Below, one piece after another: positions 9,961-19,999 of a DNA stretch of 64,000 bases. The DNA comes from Candidatus Poribacteria bacterium (GTDB lineage: Bacteria; Poribacteria; WGA-4E; WGA-3G). Position numbers and translations under genes: made by a program. The DNA lies in assembly GCA_963665235.2 (NCBI GenBank), contig CAXXLX010000001.1, forward strand, positions 736,001 to 800,000, written 5' to 3'. Numbering within the stretch: the stretch's first letter is position 1; every line of letters starts with the position of its first letter. The notes under the pieces are model-generated. The model saw only the letters and a list, made by a program, of their open reading frames with translations, did not search any database and was not told the origin of the DNA.

Positions 9961-10354
9961 CCACAATCATCCAGATTGTGCCCATAGTAGCATAATCATC
10001 CAGATTGTGCGTAGTAGCATAATCATCCAGATTGTGCGTAGTAGCATAATCATCCAGATTGTTAGTAGCATAATCATCCAGATTGTGCGTAGTAGCATAA
10101 TCATCCAGATTGTGCGTAGTAGCATAATCATCCAGATTGTGCGTAGTAGCATAATCATCCAGATTGTGCGTAGTAGCATAATCATCCAGATTGTGCGTAG
10201 TAGCATAATCATCCAGATTGTGCGTAGTAGCATAATCATCCAGATTGTGCGTAGTAGCATAATCATCCAGATTGTGCGTAGTAGCATAATCATCCAGATT
10301 GTGCGTAGTAGCATAATCATCCAGATTGTGCGTAGTGGCATAATCTTCCAGATT
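9961..10354 (+). repeat. Tandem array of a 27-bp REP hairpin unit (13 units plus degenerate ends)
   Basis: Unit GTAGTAGCATAATCATCCAGATTGTGC, one unit with a 3-bp deletion; no spacers. Confidence 0.95.
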
Positions 10355-10499
10355 CCCTCTTCCATCCTTCCACTCTTCCCTCTATCATAGGACAAAAACT
10401 TTACACACTTGTGTTCAATTTTTTTGTTGCACAACAGTCCGAAAATTGCTATGATAGTTGCAAAGATAAGCACACCTCTTTTGATTTTCGGAGGAACGC

Positions 10500-11630
10500 A
10501 TGAACAACTACCGTATTGCAATTATCGGTCTGGGCGGCATGGGCGGTCATCATGCCCAGGCAGTACAGCAGGAGGCGAACTGTGAACTCGTTGCTGGTGC
10601 AGAAATTGTCCCGGAACGGGCGAAGGCATGGAGCGAACGTTTCGGTGTCAAAGCCATCTATGACGACTACGAGAAGATGCTGGATGAACAGCAACCGGAT
10701 ATTGTTATCGTGCCGACGCATGCCCCGATGCACTACCCGCCAACGATTGCCGCAGCACAGCGCGGCATCCATGTCTTTTGTGAAAAACCGATTGCACTCA
10801 ACCTTATTCAAGCGGATGAAATGGTTGAAACCTGTCAACGAAATAACGTCAAATTTGCCATTAACCACATCAAACGCGCTAGTCCATACAATCAGCATGT
10901 GTTTTCACTCATTGACAAAGGTGAACTGGGGCAAGTCCTGCTGATGAAGGCAACAGACAAAGGGGGCCGCAAGGTCGGCAATTCGCTGATGGAGATGGGC
11001 ACACACCTCTACGACTGGCTGCGACTCTTCGGCGGCGATGTGGAGTGGACACATGCACATCTTGTGCAAATGGGTGGACGCGAGTCAACCGTAGCAGACA
11101 TTAAACATACCCAAGAGGTTCATCCGCATGATAGGGATGCGGGAATTGTCCTCGGTGAACGGGGGCATGCCTCTTTTCGGTTCAAGAACGGTATTCATGC
11201 GGATGTCCAGTTCCTCGCTCAACCCCAGACCAACGATAATGCGTACGGCATTGATATTATCGGCACTGAGGGAAGAATTGCTATCCGAGAAAGTGTCGGC
11301 ACGACGATGTTTATTCATAAAGGACAACATCAGACCCCCGCTGAAACATGGCAACGTGTTCGTCTGCCCGATGAAGACCTTGATGAACACGGAAAGCCGA
11401 GAGATAAGGGCGCGGTCCGGTTGCTACTGCAACGGCTCATGCTCCGCGACCTCATCGAAGCGATTACGGAGGACCGTGAACCGTTCGCAAGCGGTAAGGA
11501 TGGACGGGATTGCCTTGAGATGATTCATGCAACCTGGGAATCGCATCGGCAGGGAGCCCGAGTGTATATGCCGCTTACGCCACGCGAACATCCGCTTGAG
11601 CGATGGCTGCAAGCAGAGAGGAATATATAA
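10500..11630 (+). CDS. Gfo/Idh/MocA family oxidoreductase
   Basis: IIGLGGMG Rossmann motif, HVFCEKP, MEMGTHLYD; RBS GGAGG; upstream TTGCAC-N17-TATGAT (10427-10455). Confidence 0.92.
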   Translation: MNNYRIAIIGLGGMGGHHAQAVQQEANCELVAGAEIVPERAKAWSERFGVKAIYDDYEKMLDEQQPDIVIVPTHAPMHYPPTIAAAQRGIHVFCEKPIALNLIQADEMVETCQRNNVKFAINHIKRASPYNQHVFSLIDKGELGQVLLMKATDKGGRKVGNSLMEMGTHLYDWLRLFGGDVEWTHAHLVQMGGRESTVADIKHTQEVHPHDRDAGIVLGERGHASFRFKNGIHADVQFLAQPQTNDNAYGIDIIGTEGRIAIRESVGTTMFIHKGQHQTPAETWQRVRLPDEDLDEHGKPRDKGAVRLLLQRLMLRDLIEAITEDREPFASGKDGRDCLEMIHATWESHRQGARVYMPLTPREHPLERWLQAERNI

Positions 11631-11869
11631 TGAAATGTCCACGATGTGGTTCAGAGAACATCATGCCCAATTTGCGAATTCGTGATCGCTACGAGCGTGG
11701 TTTGGGACAAAGCTTAGAGGTGGAAGTGAAAGGAAACCCTAATGCCCTATTTTTTAAGAAGACGCATAGAGAAGCGTTAAGAGCTACTGTTTGTGGCGAA
11801 TGTGGGAACGTAGGGCTTTCTGTTGAGAATCCGAAGGGATTATGGGAAACTTATACCATTTCTAATTGA
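11630..11869 (+). CDS. Small zinc-ribbon protein
   Basis: MKCPRCGS...VCGECG (two CxxC); ATG overlaps the upstream TAA; last codons and stop lie inside MITE-B. Confidence 0.75.
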   Translation: MKCPRCGSENIMPNLRIRDRYERGLGQSLEVEVKGNPNALFFKKTHREALRATVCGECGNVGLSVENPKGLWETYTISN

Positions 11870-12280
11870 AAATGTCTCTTTCTTGTAGCATAAACTTCCA
11901 GTTTGTGCGGTTCTAGTATCATAAACTTCCAGTTTGTGCGGTTCTAGTATCATAAACTTCCAGTTTGTGCGGTTCTAGTATCATAAACTTCCAGTTTGTG
12001 CGGTTCTAGTATCATAAACTTCCAGTTTGTGCGGTTCTAGTATCATAAACTTCCAGTTTGTGCGGTTCTAGTATCATAAACTTCCAGTTTGTGCGGTTCT
12101 AGTATCATAAACTTCCAGTTTGTGCGGTTCTAGTATCATAAACTTCCAGTTTGTGCGGTTCTAGTATCATAAACTTCCAGTTTGTGCGGTTCTAGTATCA
12201 TAAACTTCCAGTTTGGGTCTTCCGTTCTCCGTTTCATTTCTAAACAACCGGTAATGATAGAATAATTAATAAAAATGGTA
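11854..12280 (+). mobile_element. MITE-B carrying an 11 x 31-bp REP hairpin array (11885-12215)
   Basis: Ends TACCATTT...AAATGGTA with TTA duplicated on both sides; unit TAGTATCATAAACTTCCAGTTTGTGCGGTTC. Confidence 0.9.
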
Positions 12281-12472
12281 TTACTCCCAAAGAGAAGAAC
12301 CCGACTAACCCACCGCAAGTGTGGAGGGAATAGGTATTTTAAAATAAATTTGACTTTTCACGCGAATTGTTGCATAATAGTATTGTATGAAAAATAGGGA
12401 CAGGACAATAGCCTGCAAAGAAACCTGACACACCCACGACCCGATTTCCAATAACATCCTCAGGGAGCCTTG

Positions 12473-13933
12473 ATGGAATCAGCCAGCTTGCAGTTCAAAC
12501 GTTTTATTTTTATCTTAATTGATGGGGCCCCCTACGAAATTTTTAGAACGTTGCTTGAAAATGGCGACCTTCCGAACATTAAGAAGTACGTTGTGGAGTG
12601 CGGTAGTTTAAACAAAGCCGTCACTGTTTTTCCATCAACAACCGGTCCCGCCTTTATTCCGTTCTTTATGGGATTGTTTCCCGGCACCGCAAATGTCCCT
12701 GGGATTCGGTGGTTATCCAAATCGAAGTTTCGGAATCCACATCGATTCAAGCGGCCCGGTATCTGTAGTTATATGGGGCTTGATGGGTTGCGTTTTGAGG
12801 ACGATTTACCTTCAGGTTTCCCAACGCTTTTTGACCTCTTGTCGCCAGCGAGTAATATTTACAATTTGCTCGCTCGCGGGTGCCCCCCCGCTAAAAATCT
12901 GGCACGTCGAATTAAACCGCTTATCTATACCTACGCCCACTTTGCACATCGCTGGCGATTCGTCAATCAAATTGCGGTACGACACTTACACAGAGCTGTT
13001 GAAACAGATGACAAATTTGTGATGTGCCTCTTCCCCGCAGTTGATACGTTTTCACACCTGACACATATACAATCCCCCCAAGTCCTTGAGACGTACCGAG
13101 AAGTTGACACCGCAATTGGACACCTCATCCACAGTTTGCAAAAGGCAAATACCCTCCAAGAGACGTTGATCCTGATTAGTAGCGACCACGGCATGACCGA
13201 CACACATACACACCTCGATGTCGTTCAGCATTTGGATAAGGGCGGGTGGCGATGCCTACACTATCCAAAGATTTGGCGGCACGGTGCCGTATCTGCCAGC
13301 ATGGTCTCCGGAAACGGGATGACACACCTCTATTTCAAAAACAGTACAGACAAAAAGGGGTGGGGCCCGCGAACCTCTTTTGAAGAACTTAATCATCAGG
13401 GGGTCACTGAACATCTGCTGCAATTGGAAGGATTAGCACTTATTGCAGGGCAAAGCGAGACCGGAGGCATCGTCGTTCAAAGTCGAACTGGACAGGGGCG
13501 GATTTCCTATCAGCAGCCCGATGCAAACGGACAACGTGTGCCTACGTCTTTCTCTTACCAGTTTGAAGGCACCGACCCACTCGGGTACGGTGTTCCGTAT
13601 CAGAATCTCTCCTCACAAGAAACGCTCCAGCAGACGTACGATAGTCCGTACCCGGATGCAATTGTCCAATTATGGCAAATTTTTAAGAGTGAACGCACCG
13701 GGGACCTCATCCTCAGCGCAGAGAGCGGTTACGATTTACGGGCCCGTTATGAAATTCCGAAACATCATGCGACACACGGTGCCCTACTCGCGGAACATCT
13801 GCATATCCCACTTGCCACAAATTACCCGATTGCTGAACAGTACATCCGTTCTGTTGATATTTTTCCGACGGTGCTAAGTCTAATGGGACACACTCCCGAA
13901 GTGGATACCATTGATGGAAATGTTGTGGTGTGA
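12473..13933 (+). CDS. Alkaline-phosphatase-superfamily nucleotide pyrophosphatase/phosphodiesterase
   Basis: ILIDG, VFPSTTGP (Thr nucleophile), AVDTFSH, SSDHG and HG metal motifs; upstream TTGACT-N17-CATAAT. Confidence 0.85.
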   Translation: MESASLQFKRFIFILIDGAPYEIFRTLLENGDLPNIKKYVVECGSLNKAVTVFPSTTGPAFIPFFMGLFPGTANVPGIRWLSKSKFRNPHRFKRPGICSYMGLDGLRFEDDLPSGFPTLFDLLSPASNIYNLLARGCPPAKNLARRIKPLIYTYAHFAHRWRFVNQIAVRHLHRAVETDDKFVMCLFPAVDTFSHLTHIQSPQVLETYREVDTAIGHLIHSLQKANTLQETLILISSDHGMTDTHTHLDVVQHLDKGGWRCLHYPKIWRHGAVSASMVSGNGMTHLYFKNSTDKKGWGPRTSFEELNHQGVTEHLLQLEGLALIAGQSETGGIVVQSRTGQGRISYQQPDANGQRVPTSFSYQFEGTDPLGYGVPYQNLSSQETLQQTYDSPYPDAIVQLWQIFKSERTGDLILSAESGYDLRARYEIPKHHATHGALLAEHLHIPLATNYPIAEQYIRSVDIFPTVLSLMGHTPEVDTIDGNVVV

Positions 13934-13985
13934 GCTAAGTACATACCTATCTTCGGCATCACCTAGTAGCGCGTTCTATATCCTA

Positions 13986-14278
13986 ACGCAAGTTGCCACA
14001 TAGTAGCATAATCTTCCAGATTGTGCATATTTGTGTGCGAATTGGAAGTGAACGGGACAAATATTAGCTAATTCTCAGCATATTTTCATTATAGCCGGTG
14101 TTTCCAGGTCTAAAAACTTATAAGTAACCTAAGTTGCCACATAGTAGCATAATCTTCCAGATTGTGCATATTTGTGTGCGAATTGGAAGTGAACGGGACA
14201 AATATTAGCTAATTCTCAGCATATTTTCATTATAGCCGGTGTTTCCAGGTCTAAAAACTTATAAGTAGCAACTTGGGT
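13986..14278 (+). mobile_element. MITE-A tandem dimer (first unit lacks its right end)
   Basis: ACGCAAGTTGC...(repeat from 14127)...GCAACTTGGGT, flanked by the 7-bp duplication TATCCTA. Confidence 0.85.
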
Positions 14279-14367
14279 TATCCTATTTGAAAAATTATGC
14301 ACCTTTTCTCGCCTGGCCCGCGTCATTATATACGAACAACTGAAGATACGTTTTCTGGAGGCATCTA

Positions 14368-15627
14368 GTGGAAAATGACGATGTTGCGTTAATCCAACGC
14401 ATTCTTTTAGGGGATGAGACCGCGTTTGAAAATTTGGTGAAAAAATACCAAAAGCAGGTTCATGCACAGGCATGGCGAAAAACAGGGGATTTCCATATCG
14501 CTGAAGATATTACACAGGAAGCCTTCCTGCGCGTTTATCAGAAGCTGGAAACCTTAGAAGAGCCAGAACAGTTTCAAGGATGGCTCTATAAGATAGTCAA
14601 TCACCTCTGTATTGCATGGTTCCGAAAAAAGCCCAAATCGCTGGAAGAAATAGACATATCGGAGACAGAAGCGGAGGCATATTCCCGGTATGTCGCATCG
14701 GAACATGCGAAAACGACTGCACAGACGCAACGCGACCTGGTCAAAAAACTGCTTACGAAACTCAAAGAGAGTGAGCAGGAGGTCATCACACTCCACTACT
14801 TTGAAGAGATGACCTCTTCAGAGATAGGCACGTATTTAGGCATATCCGAAAATACGGTTAAGAGCCGCATCCGCCGTGCAAGGCAGCGGTTGAAAACGTA
14901 CGAATTTATGATTCGAGAGGCATTAGATATTACAATTGAGGGGGGACACCGTTCCCAACATCAAGTCAAAGGAGAAATTAGCATGACAAGAGATGATACC
15001 GAAAAAACGCAGCGGAGTCTGACTGAGGAAGAAATTGCGGAAGTTCGTGAATTGATGAAAACGGAAGTTCGTGAACTGATGAAAACAGAATTTCGCGAAT
15101 GGATACCATCTATCATTGCGGAATTAAAAACTCGCCGTCCTGAACATGCGCTTCGAGCTTTTGAAGACGCTCTTGTAGATCGAGATGAGGCAGAGGCATT
15201 TAAAACGTTAACTACGCTTCCCGCAGGTGCTGAAAATTACGTAGCCTGGGGGTATCTCGGTGCATATCGAGTTGCTAGTGACAGCCCGTCGTCGCGCATC
15301 GCATTTTGGACAGGTGGCGTTGATAGTTTCCTAGCGAGAGCCCCGGATGCTGACATTGTCAATTTTGCGACCCTCTTCACAAACCCAACCGTAGTTGCCG
15401 TTATAAGACAGTTAGTGACGGGTGAAAAAGCGGTCGCAGAGCTGGCACAGGAGAGTGGTATTTCAGAAAATGAGATAGAGAAAGCTGTCGCGTTGCTAAT
15501 CGACTCCAAATTAGCAGCATGCACGAAGGACAATCTCATTGAACCGATAAACGATGTCATCTCCTTCTTCCTGAACTTTGTGAGTATGACAAGCGTACAT
15601 CTCGAACACATCGAACCTGGGAATTAA
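14368..15627 (+). CDS. ECF sigma-70 factor with C-terminal extension ending in an ArsR-like wHTH
   Basis: Region 2 AEDITQEAFLRVY...WLYKI, region 4 EIGTYLGISENTVKSRIRRAR, C-terminal VIRQLVTGEKAVAELAQESGIS. Confidence 0.88.
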   Translation: MENDDVALIQRILLGDETAFENLVKKYQKQVHAQAWRKTGDFHIAEDITQEAFLRVYQKLETLEEPEQFQGWLYKIVNHLCIAWFRKKPKSLEEIDISETEAEAYSRYVASEHAKTTAQTQRDLVKKLLTKLKESEQEVITLHYFEEMTSSEIGTYLGISENTVKSRIRRARQRLKTYEFMIREALDITIEGGHRSQHQVKGEISMTRDDTEKTQRSLTEEEIAEVRELMKTEVRELMKTEFREWIPSIIAELKTRRPEHALRAFEDALVDRDEAEAFKTLTTLPAGAENYVAWGYLGAYRVASDSPSSRIAFWTGGVDSFLARAPDADIVNFATLFTNPTVVAVIRQLVTGEKAVAELAQESGISENEIEKAVALLIDSKLAACTKDNLIEPINDVISFFLNFVSMTSVHLEHIEPGN

Positions 15628-15868
15628 ATAGGTTGGGCGGCACTTGGACTTGTAGCGGAACGTTTGCTCCGAGACAGAAGATAAGTGCCGCTTTTTTTCT
15701 TGATTTTTTTAATCGGAGGTGTTATCATTTAGCGAATGGCAATTGGCGATTGGCAATTAGCAAGAAGGTTGTGATGCTAACCAGATATCTGAAGAGCATC
15801 AGACCCCAAGCCATTAGCCATAAGCCAGCGAGGTTTCCAACAGTCATAAGCCAAGTGAGGGTAATTTG

Positions 15869-16618
15869 ATGAAAACAACACGGAAAATTGTTGCAATTGG
15901 CGGGGGCGAGATTAAAGACCTGGAAACCGCCACCATCGACAAACGCATCGTTGAGTTGACCGGTAAAACACGTCCAAAGGCACTTTTTATTCCGACCGCT
16001 AGTGGCGACGCTCCTGGATACATTGAGACCTTTGCGGCGCGGTACGGGGGCGACTTCGGATGTGAAACATGCACCCTCACCCTAATTCAAAACCCGCCTA
16101 CATTTGAGGAGATGTCAACGTTGGTATTAGATTCAGATCTAATCTATGTTGGCGGTGGGAATACCTATAGGATGATGAAAATATGGCGGCGGTTGGGAGT
16201 GGACACTCTGTTAGCAGAGGCTGCGTCCCGGGGTATTGTCCTATCGGGTCTTAGTGCAGGCGCGATTTGCTGGTTCAAATACGGTCATAGTGATTCTCGC
16301 GCCTTCTCCAGCAGCGCGGAGTGGAACTATATCCGCGTCAGTGGATTGGGATTCATCAATGCAATATATTGTCCGCATTACCATAGCGAGAAGCGGGAGG
16401 CAGCATTTTCACAAATGCTTGCAAAACGGGGGGGTATCGGAATCGCCTGTGACAACAACGCTGCAATTGAGATTGTTGGCGAGCAGTACCGTGTGCTCAC
16501 CTCTGCGTCGAATGCAAAGGCATATAAACTCTTCAAACGTGGCGGGCAGGTCGTTACTGTAGAATTACCGCAAAACAGTGAATATACGCCTTTAGCCAAT
16601 CTCCTGAGACGAAAATAA
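15869..16618 (+). CDS. Peptidase E (S51) family protein
   Basis: FIPTASGD, YVGGGNT, GLSAGA nucleophile motif, CPHY. Confidence 0.88.
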   Translation: MKTTRKIVAIGGGEIKDLETATIDKRIVELTGKTRPKALFIPTASGDAPGYIETFAARYGGDFGCETCTLTLIQNPPTFEEMSTLVLDSDLIYVGGGNTYRMMKIWRRLGVDTLLAEAASRGIVLSGLSAGAICWFKYGHSDSRAFSSSAEWNYIRVSGLGFINAIYCPHYHSEKREAAFSQMLAKRGGIGIACDNNAAIEIVGEQYRVLTSASNAKAYKLFKRGGQVVTVELPQNSEYTPLANLLRRK

Positions 16619-16639
16619 AAATATATAATGGGCAGGGCA

Positions 16640-18100
16640 CTAGTGCGACGCGACACGCGGTATCATCTGTGGGTGTGCGTAAACAGTTGCGTCGAAACTC
16701 TTTTGCACAAGTTCCCACTTGATAGCTTGATAATCGGGATGTTCAGAAAGGTCGGTGTGTTCCCACGGGTCATTGTCAAGGTCATACAGTTCGCAAATCC
16801 CTTTTTGGTGGTACACAATGAGTTTCCATCGTCGGTCTCGATACATCGTTGCGTGAGTTTGGTCGGATGTCGCCAGTGCACCGAAAAATTCACATCGGAC
16901 AGCCTCCCGGTGTTGATGAATTGGTGTGTCCCCGCGCAAGAGAGACGCGAGCGAGCGGCCCTGGACATAATACGGTATATCTATCCCTAACACCTCGTAC
17001 AGGGTAGGAACGATGTCAAGGAGCTCAACGAGGACATCGCTTTTAACGTTTTGTAAAAAATGGGATGGCCATGAAATGATAAGCGGTACCCTTGCTAATC
17101 CTTCGTAAAACCTGCATCCTTTGTATGCTAATCCGTGGTCGCCAAGTGATTCGCCGTGGTCAGAAGTGAATATGATGATTGTGTTTTCACGAAGATCTTC
17201 AGCGTCAAGATAATCGAGGATGCGTCCAAATTCATGGTCAACCTGTTCAATCATGGCGTAATAGGATGCCTGCATCTTCTTATCGTCCCATTCAGAAGGG
17301 GGTTTCGCCTGCGACTGAAAGTCGATACCCGCTGCTGTTAATTTTGACTGAAAGGGTATATCGCTTTCCTGAAAGTGTGCCCCGGGTAATGTTTCTGGGT
17401 CATAGCGACGGTAATATTCCCAAGGTGCGTCAAACCCCGGATGCGGGTCGAAGGGATTGATATTTAGCATCCACGGTTGATTTTTCCTGCGATTTTTCCT
17501 GATAAATTCAATAGTTTTTTCGGTGCACCAATAGGTTTGATGGAGATGCGGTGGGATATTATCGCAATCAGGGGTCGGTTCAGGAAATCGGCCCGTATTC
17601 TTCTTCGGTTTTTGGACGACGACTCGCTGTCTCAAGAGTTCACCCAGTTCTACATCTTGTGTGCGTAACCACTCTGCGTATTCGTGCCCGAATGCGTTCG
17701 GTTTTCCGTGGTCGTGACTATATTGGAAGTAGCGATAACCGTCGTTGACGCGGTGTTCCTGTCCATCAAAAGCACTTGCGAGGTGGAGCTTGCCGATTAA
17801 TCCGCAGTCGTATCCATCTTGGGCGAGGGCATGAGAAATCAGCCGGTCTTCGTAGTATTTGGGAAAAACGGGGTTGCCGTTGCCGGTGACGCTGATAGCT
17901 GAAGGGTACATACCTGTCATAAAACTTGCACGGGACGGGGTGCAGATAGGAGATTGGCAGTACGCATGGGTGAATGCGACTGACTGCTGGACAAATTCGT
18001 CAACTCTTGGGGTGTGTATATGCGGGTTTCCTAGCGCACCGATGGTGTCAAAACGTTGTTGGTCTGTGCAATACCATAATATATTTGGGCGTTTTTCCAT
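16640..18100 (-). CDS. Formylglycine-dependent sulfatase
   Basis: RPNILW..DQQR, CTPSRASFMTG, GKLHL, SDHG. Confidence 0.95.
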   Translation of the reverse strand: MEKRPNILWYCTDQQRFDTIGALGNPHIHTPRVDEFVQQSVAFTHAYCQSPICTPSRASFMTGMYPSAISVTGNGNPVFPKYYEDRLISHALAQDGYDCGLIGKLHLASAFDGQEHRVNDGYRYFQYSHDHGKPNAFGHEYAEWLRTQDVELGELLRQRVVVQKPKKNTGRFPEPTPDCDNIPPHLHQTYWCTEKTIEFIRKNRRKNQPWMLNINPFDPHPGFDAPWEYYRRYDPETLPGAHFQESDIPFQSKLTAAGIDFQSQAKPPSEWDDKKMQASYYAMIEQVDHEFGRILDYLDAEDLRENTIIIFTSDHGESLGDHGLAYKGCRFYEGLARVPLIISWPSHFLQNVKSDVLVELLDIVPTLYEVLGIDIPYYVQGRSLASLLRGDTPIHQHREAVRCEFFGALATSDQTHATMYRDRRWKLIVYHQKGICELYDLDNDPWEHTDLSEHPDYQAIKWELVQKSFDATVYAHPQMIPRVASH

Positions 18101-18270
18101 TTTTTACTCCTTTTTTGCGATGGTCTTTCCGTTTATCGATTATTTTATCAAATGTTTAGTTTCTGGTTAAGCAAAATTTTGTGTTCCGGAATTTTCGCTT
18201 GAAGGAGAACGGGTTAGGCTGGTATACTATTGTCAAAGATTTCATTGCAGGCCTAAAACTGGAGATTTTT

Positions 18271-19758
18271 ATGAAACCATTAATAGTTGTGAATATGAAC
18301 GCGCTGAGAGAGGTCTATGCGGCGGAGGCGTTGGATATTCAAAAAGCGATTGAAGCCTTCGCGCAGGCACATGACGCGAACGTGCTCGACATCGACGCGG
18401 CATACCGAGCGAAGACTGGACACCCTATTTCAGTACCAGCGTATCCTAATACTGCCCTAACAACCATAGCAAAGGAAATCAAAGCTGAAATACGCTCACA
18501 CATGGGGAATCAATTGGATACGCTCATATTGGTTGGAGATGAGACTGCTATTCCGATGTGGGAAGTCTATCTGGATGAAACGCCTATTCACACCGATTCC
18601 TTCTATGCGGATTTGGATGGCGATGGTTTGCCAGAAGTTGTCACGACACGAGTCCTCGGGAATGCCGATGCAATACAGCGACAATTGTGTGAAACCGCTC
18701 CAATTGGGGGGCCGGTGTCCACAATTCTGTGTTCGGAGGATACCCGCATACATTTGGAAACGCAGCGGTTTCTCGACGCGCTTACACAACAGGGACATGA
18801 GGTAGGAGTGCTCGGTAGAGGGGGTGAGCAATGCCTGCCGCAGTCAGATTTGATAATTCATTTCGGGCATGGAAGTCCGAAAAGTCTGAGTAATAGATTT
18901 GGGGAAACCTTTGTGTCAGCGGAAGGTATGCCAACATTGTCGCGTCATCCCATTGCGATTGTCGATGGGTGCGCCACCACGCCGCCCGGTTCAGCATTAC
19001 TCCGCGCATTTTTGAACAACGGTTGCCGTGCTTATCTCGGCAGCACTGCAACTGTGGCAGGAATGATTCCGGCACGTTACACCAATCAAATAGTGATGCA
19101 TTTTCTGGACGCTTACGAAGCGCATCCGTCGTGGCCCGTGGCGAAACTCCTCACTGCAGCACGCACCAAATACGCTACAGTCAATCGTCTTGCCGAGGCG
19201 TTATTGGAACTTGAACAGGTAGGGTCTATCCCTCAGCTCGAGCGGGGGACAAACACACACCTGCTGACGTTTCTTGAATGGCATGCTTACGGGTCACCTT
19301 ATGCCCGTTTACATCAAGGGGAGGCGCAGCGAGTTTTTAATCGGCACCCTTTGGTCCAATCTCCAGTATCCCCGCAAACAGCGGAACAAAATGGGGTTGA
19401 GGTGACCTTCGAGTTAAAAAGCACAGATGGTAAACCGATTCTTTTCCTTCGGGCAGATTGGTTGAATTCGGTTTCAGCTTGGCTCATCGTTAAGGTTCAA
19501 CAAAATGGACAGGTTTTACACCAGTTGCATGGAGCTACGAACATTATCTATCAGCATTTGGAAGACATTTGTGTCGGCGGTTATGTGGATGGAGATATGT
19601 ATCACGCTTATTGGTTATTGCCGCTGCAGCGAGAGGTAGGGCAAAACCGCCTGCGCGTCGAATTCTCTAACGGCAGAAACGGCAGAGTGGTAGTTTTACC
19701 CGAATCTGCCGTAAACATCTGGCCTGAATGGGAGACGATTTCTGCTCCCGAGGCATAG
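18271..19758 (+). CDS. Peptidase C25 (gingipain-like) domain protein without an obvious signal peptide
   Basis: LILVGD..IP, DSFYADLDGDGLPE, HFGHGS (His), VDGCAT (Cys), AYLGST; RBS GGAG before ATG 18271. Confidence 0.75.
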   Translation: MKPLIVVNMNALREVYAAEALDIQKAIEAFAQAHDANVLDIDAAYRAKTGHPISVPAYPNTALTTIAKEIKAEIRSHMGNQLDTLILVGDETAIPMWEVYLDETPIHTDSFYADLDGDGLPEVVTTRVLGNADAIQRQLCETAPIGGPVSTILCSEDTRIHLETQRFLDALTQQGHEVGVLGRGGEQCLPQSDLIIHFGHGSPKSLSNRFGETFVSAEGMPTLSRHPIAIVDGCATTPPGSALLRAFLNNGCRAYLGSTATVAGMIPARYTNQIVMHFLDAYEAHPSWPVAKLLTAARTKYATVNRLAEALLELEQVGSIPQLERGTNTHLLTFLEWHAYGSPYARLHQGEAQRVFNRHPLVQSPVSPQTAEQNGVEVTFELKSTDGKPILFLRADWLNSVSAWLIVKVQQNGQVLHQLHGATNIIYQHLEDICVGGYVDGDMYHAYWLLPLQREVGQNRLRVEFSNGRNGRVVVLPESAVNIWPEWETISAPEA

Positions 19759-19766
19759 TTTTTACA

Positions 19767-19918
19767 ACGTGCGCTTGATAATAAATATCCGTTTGCTCTA
19801 AACCTTTTTCATCGCGAAAAAAGCGGTATAATTGTAGCATAAACTTCCTAGTTTGTGCTGTTTTTTGCTAAAACTACCAGAGAACGCTGTAGGTCAAAAC
19901 TTTTTTTCAAACTCGCGT
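19767..19918 (+). mobile_element. MITE-F carrying one REP hairpin
   Basis: Ends ACGTGCGCTTGA...TCAAACTCGCGT, flanks TTTTTACA/TTTTTGCA, internal GTAGCATAAACTTCCTAGTTTGTGC; related single ends near 33263 and 46030. Confidence 0.7.
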
Positions 19919-19999
19919 TTTTTGCACCAAAATGGCAGTCGGCAAGAGGGGGTGATTGATTTTTTAGACACCCCTCTTAACCGATAGCCGATAGCCGTA

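Noticed and set aside
15725-15830. 7-mer GATTGGC/AATTAGC and 9-mer AATCCGCGA/AATCCGTGT short repeats here and in several intergenic regions
   Set aside because: Real but degenerate modules of the same composite repeats; boundaries cannot be fixed by eye, so they are not reported separately.
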